From a virus (lineage: Duplodnaviria; Caudoviricetes): DNA of 34,257 bases. The notes beneath the pieces are model-generated. The model was not told the origin of the DNA. It ran no database searches and saw only the letters and a program-made list of their open reading frames with translations. Location of the stretch: the IMG/VR virus record IMGVR_UViG_3300031716_000035, positions 1 to 34,257 of that record; one strand, given 5' to 3'. The position numbers and the translations under genes were made by a program. Below are positions 34,072-34,257 of the stretch, in pieces; positions within the stretch are counted from its first letter, which is position 1, and the number at the start of each line of letters is the position of its first letter.

Positions 34072-34257
34072 ATGCAAGTCGCAACGTTCAAGGTCTGCGC
34101 CGCCATCAAGGCGCTTCACGATGCCGCTGATGAGCTGGTTTTTCAGCGTGGCAATCCGGGCGTTGTCGCCGCGGAGTGCATCAAGGCGATGGCTGCGCTC
34201 GAGGCGTCGCTGTCGGTGGCTGGCGAGCCGCGCGTGATGCGCGTGGTTGGCGAGACG
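34072..34257 (+). CDS. Hypothetical early protein, 3'-truncated by the window edge
   Basis: GGAG RBS and ATG at 34072; open to the end (MQVATFKVCAAIKALHDAADEL...). Confidence 0.65.
   Translation, partial: MQVATFKVCAAIKALHDAADELVFQRGNPGVVAAECIKAMAALEASLSVAGEPRVMRVVGET

Noticed and set aside
1-34257. Diversity-generating retroelement, retron, IS, intron or terminal repeat
   Set aside because: No reverse transcriptase, transposase or homing-endonuclease motifs and no TR/VR pair were seen, and the window ends do not overlap. Part of the early-left operon is simply outside the window.

Overview
The window is most of the genome of a temperate P22-like podophage. Its GC-rich, betaproteobacterial-style coding suggests a Burkholderiaceae host (inference). 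Layout: the end of the early-left accessory operon (1-2797, including a divergent cytosine-MTase-like gene and a gene apparently split by a C10 tract); xis-int; an uninterrupted attP-like site with arm repeats and IHF sites, which implies a virion or excised form rather than an integrated prophage; and a two-gene surface-modification cassette (acyltransferase-3 plus SGNH lipoprotein). The minus strand then carries the late operon (terS, terL, portal, scaffold, P22-type coat, gp4/gp10-like tail, ejection proteins, tailspike, GH108 lysis genes), a nin-like region, a helicase, an O-like initiator with seven ori iterons, and cII and cro. On the plus strand follow cI and the start of the early-left operon, with operators on both sides of cI. 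The most unusual observations are: (i) late-operon fibre/decoration-like proteins with Sec signal peptides and paired cysteines; (ii) a Tat-signal protein whose C-terminal half resembles the N-terminus of this phage's own coat protein; (iii) a split OafA-like cassette next to attP; (iv) an integrase with Asp where the first catalytic Arg is expected; (v) a ~350-nt densely structured non-coding region before the coat gene. All family assignments come from motif recognition and synteny; no database searches were run.
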